Shown here one piece after another: positions 34,086 through 35,888 of a stretch of 35,888 nt of DNA. Numbering within the stretch: the first letter of the stretch is position 1; the number at the start of each line of letters is the position of its first letter. Source of the DNA: Lama guanicoe (taxonomy: Eukaryota); assembly GCA_013239625.1 (NCBI GenBank), contig MU053365.1, positions 746,001-781,888 on the forward strand. The letters run 5' to 3'. Both the position numbers and the translations under genes were made by a program. The notes under the pieces were generated by a model that saw only the letters and a program-made list of their open reading frames with translations, searched no databases and was not told the DNA's origin.

Positions 34086-34604
34086 CTCCCTCAACGGCAT
34101 GCTTTACCTATAGGAAGTGGTCGTGCATAAATGAAGATGCTGATGAATATCAGATTTTCTATTTCAGGTACAAGGTAAAGGATGGGTTAGAAAAATGAGA
34201 CTTGTGTATCACTGTTACATGGAAGATATAGCAGGGAAATATTCAGCTCGTTCATTTTATTTGCTCATTTTATTTCTGCCTGCTTTTGTAAAGGTAAATA
34301 TTCAGTCCTCCTAGGAAATTCAGTGCTTTGTGATGACTATTCCAGATGGGGGATGGGGGGACAATGCAGCATCTGGGTTCACCTTTACTTCATCATCCCA
34401 AGGTCCATTTGAATCTTATGTTCAGACCTTTACTATGTATTTGTGCTTTAATCTTTTGCACATATCTTTAATAAAGAAAGTCCATTTTAACAGAAGTTCT
34501 ATTTTTCTGAATGAACTACCTTTAAAAACCATTTTTCCTGTGCATGTACCTATATAAAAAGAAAAACCCAGTACGAAGGTAATGCTTATTTTCTGCTTTT
34601 CCTT

Positions 34605-34685
34605 ATCATCGGTTCCCAGAGGACTCAGCTGAGCACCATGCAGACAGCAGGCACTCAAACATCTTCCAAATGATCGAACAAACAA
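34605..34685 (+). mobile_element. LINE-2 3' terminus
   Basis: tcatcggttcccagag...cagcaggcactcaaacatcttccaaatgatcgaacaaaca. Confidence 0.45.
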
Positions 34686-34970
34686 GAGCAGGAAATTTTA
34701 AGCTTCAAATATTCTCACAAATATAGCCAGAGTATCACACCTACAGGCATTACTTTTCGTGAGCCAATTCATCTCATACACATTCCAGTGCACTCACTGA
34801 TTCAGTATGGCACTACTCTGTTTCCGGAATTCCAAGCTTCCCGTGTTACAATGTTGAGGCTTAAACACATCGCGTATTAGTCGTCAGCCCCTGCTGGCGA
34901 CATGGGGAAATGCAGCTTAACTATACTAGACACTGCAAGCTGACTAAAAGGGGAGCTTATTTCCAAGAAA

Positions 34971-35196
34971 ACTTGGGAGTTCAAGATTCACAGATACACA
35001 CTACTATATATGAAACAGATAAACAACAAGGTCCTTACTGTATAGCACAGGGAACGATACTCAGTTTCTTGTAATAGCCTATAATGGAAAATAATAGGAA
35101 AAGGAATATATATATACAACTGAATCGCTATGCTGTACAACAGAAATTGACACAACATTGTAAATTGACTATACTTCAACTAAAAAAAATAAATAA
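34971..35196 (+). mobile_element. LINE-1 3' UTR fragment
   Basis: cagatacacactactatatatgaaacagataaacaacaaggtcc...agcacagggaac...gaaattgacacaacattgtaaattgactatacttcaa plus A tail; homologous to the 3' UTR of the 21073 copy. Confidence 0.9.
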
Positions 35197-35515
35197 CTCT
35201 GAAATTAAACAAAAGAAGTGCAATCAGATTAAGGAATCTCAGTGCATATGATTAATTCTTATGAAAAGAGGAAGACCTGGGGGTGGGGGGGGGGCGGGGA
35301 ATAAACATACTGGCCTTACGAACGGTCTGCAAAATCACCCCAAGGCAACACTTGCCAAGTCATCTACCTAGGAAAAATATTTTCTGCCCAACCAAATATA
35401 AGCTTCCTGGGTATTTTCACAGTGCAATAATAACTTTTAATAGTCGTGATGCTAATATGTATTGAGGACTTATTATGTGAAGTGTAAGATTATAGAATAA
35501 TTATAGCTATCATTA

Positions 35516-35884
35516 TTAACATTTTTTATTGATTTATAATCATTTTACAATGTTGTGTCAAATTCCAGTGTACAGCACAATTTTTCAGTTATACATGAAC
35601 ATATATATATTCATTGTCACATTTTTTTCTCTGTGAGCTACCATAAGATCTCGTGTATATTTCCCTGTGCTATATGGTAAAATCTTGTTTATCTACTCTA
35701 CATTTTGAAATCCCATCTATCCCTTCCCACCCCCCACCCCCTTGGCAACCACAAGTTTGTAAGTTGTCGGTTGGCTGAGTAGTATTCCATTGTATAAATA
35801 TACCACCTCTTCTTTATCCAGTCACCTGTTGATGGACATTTAGGCTGTTTCCATGTCTTGGCTATTGTAAATAATGCTGCTATG
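35516..35884 (-). mobile_element. LINE-1 3' fragment, same subfamily as the copy at 1507-2573, with an internal deletion
   Basis: 35516-35761 aligns by eye to 1525-1770 and 35763-35884 to ~1934-2060; the intervening ~160 bp are absent. Confidence 0.93.
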
Positions 35885-35888
35885 CTAT

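Noticed and set aside
34150..34182. 7-nt microexon (TTTCAG|GTACAAG|GTAAAG)
   Set aside because: Not frame-preserving and has no supporting context; such motifs are common by chance.
34627..34650. REST/RE1 site (AGCACCATGCAGACAG)
   Set aside because: Half-site spacing and right half deviate from the consensus, and it lies in an L2 remnant.
1..35888. CRISPR arrays, operons or other prokaryotic systems
   Set aside because: The sequence is clearly mammalian (L1, L2, MIR, ERV); there are no regularly spaced repeats or gene-dense ORFs.

Overview
Mammalian genomic DNA, most likely a camelid (camel/alpaca/llama). This is inferred from the L1 3' ends and a tRNA-Ala-derived SINE recalled as camelid families; no database search was run. 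Bases 1-4410 are the 3' half of a decayed class I (ERV1) provirus on the + strand: end of RNase H, integrase, env, polypurine tract and a complete 455-bp 3' LTR. A younger 5'-truncated antisense L1 with a clear target-site duplication splits env. The remaining ~31 kb looks intronic or intergenic, with many old L2, MIR and hAT DNA-transposon fragments, several L1 3' fragments, one SINE, microsatellites and some repeat-poor blocks that may be regulatory. I could not identify a host protein-coding exon; nearly all supplied ORFs outside the ERV and L1s look spurious. The most interesting signals are a ~105-bp palindrome resembling pre-miR-224 (probable MER135-type element) at 26243-26347, the reconstructable env, a patch of apparent AT-to-GC biased substitution near 7.9-8.3 kb, and an unexplained ~90-bp diverged direct repeat near 33.0 and 34.4 kb. 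I see no convincing evidence of a wholly new biological system. Repeat family names come from recalled consensus sequences, and boundaries of old repeats are approximate.
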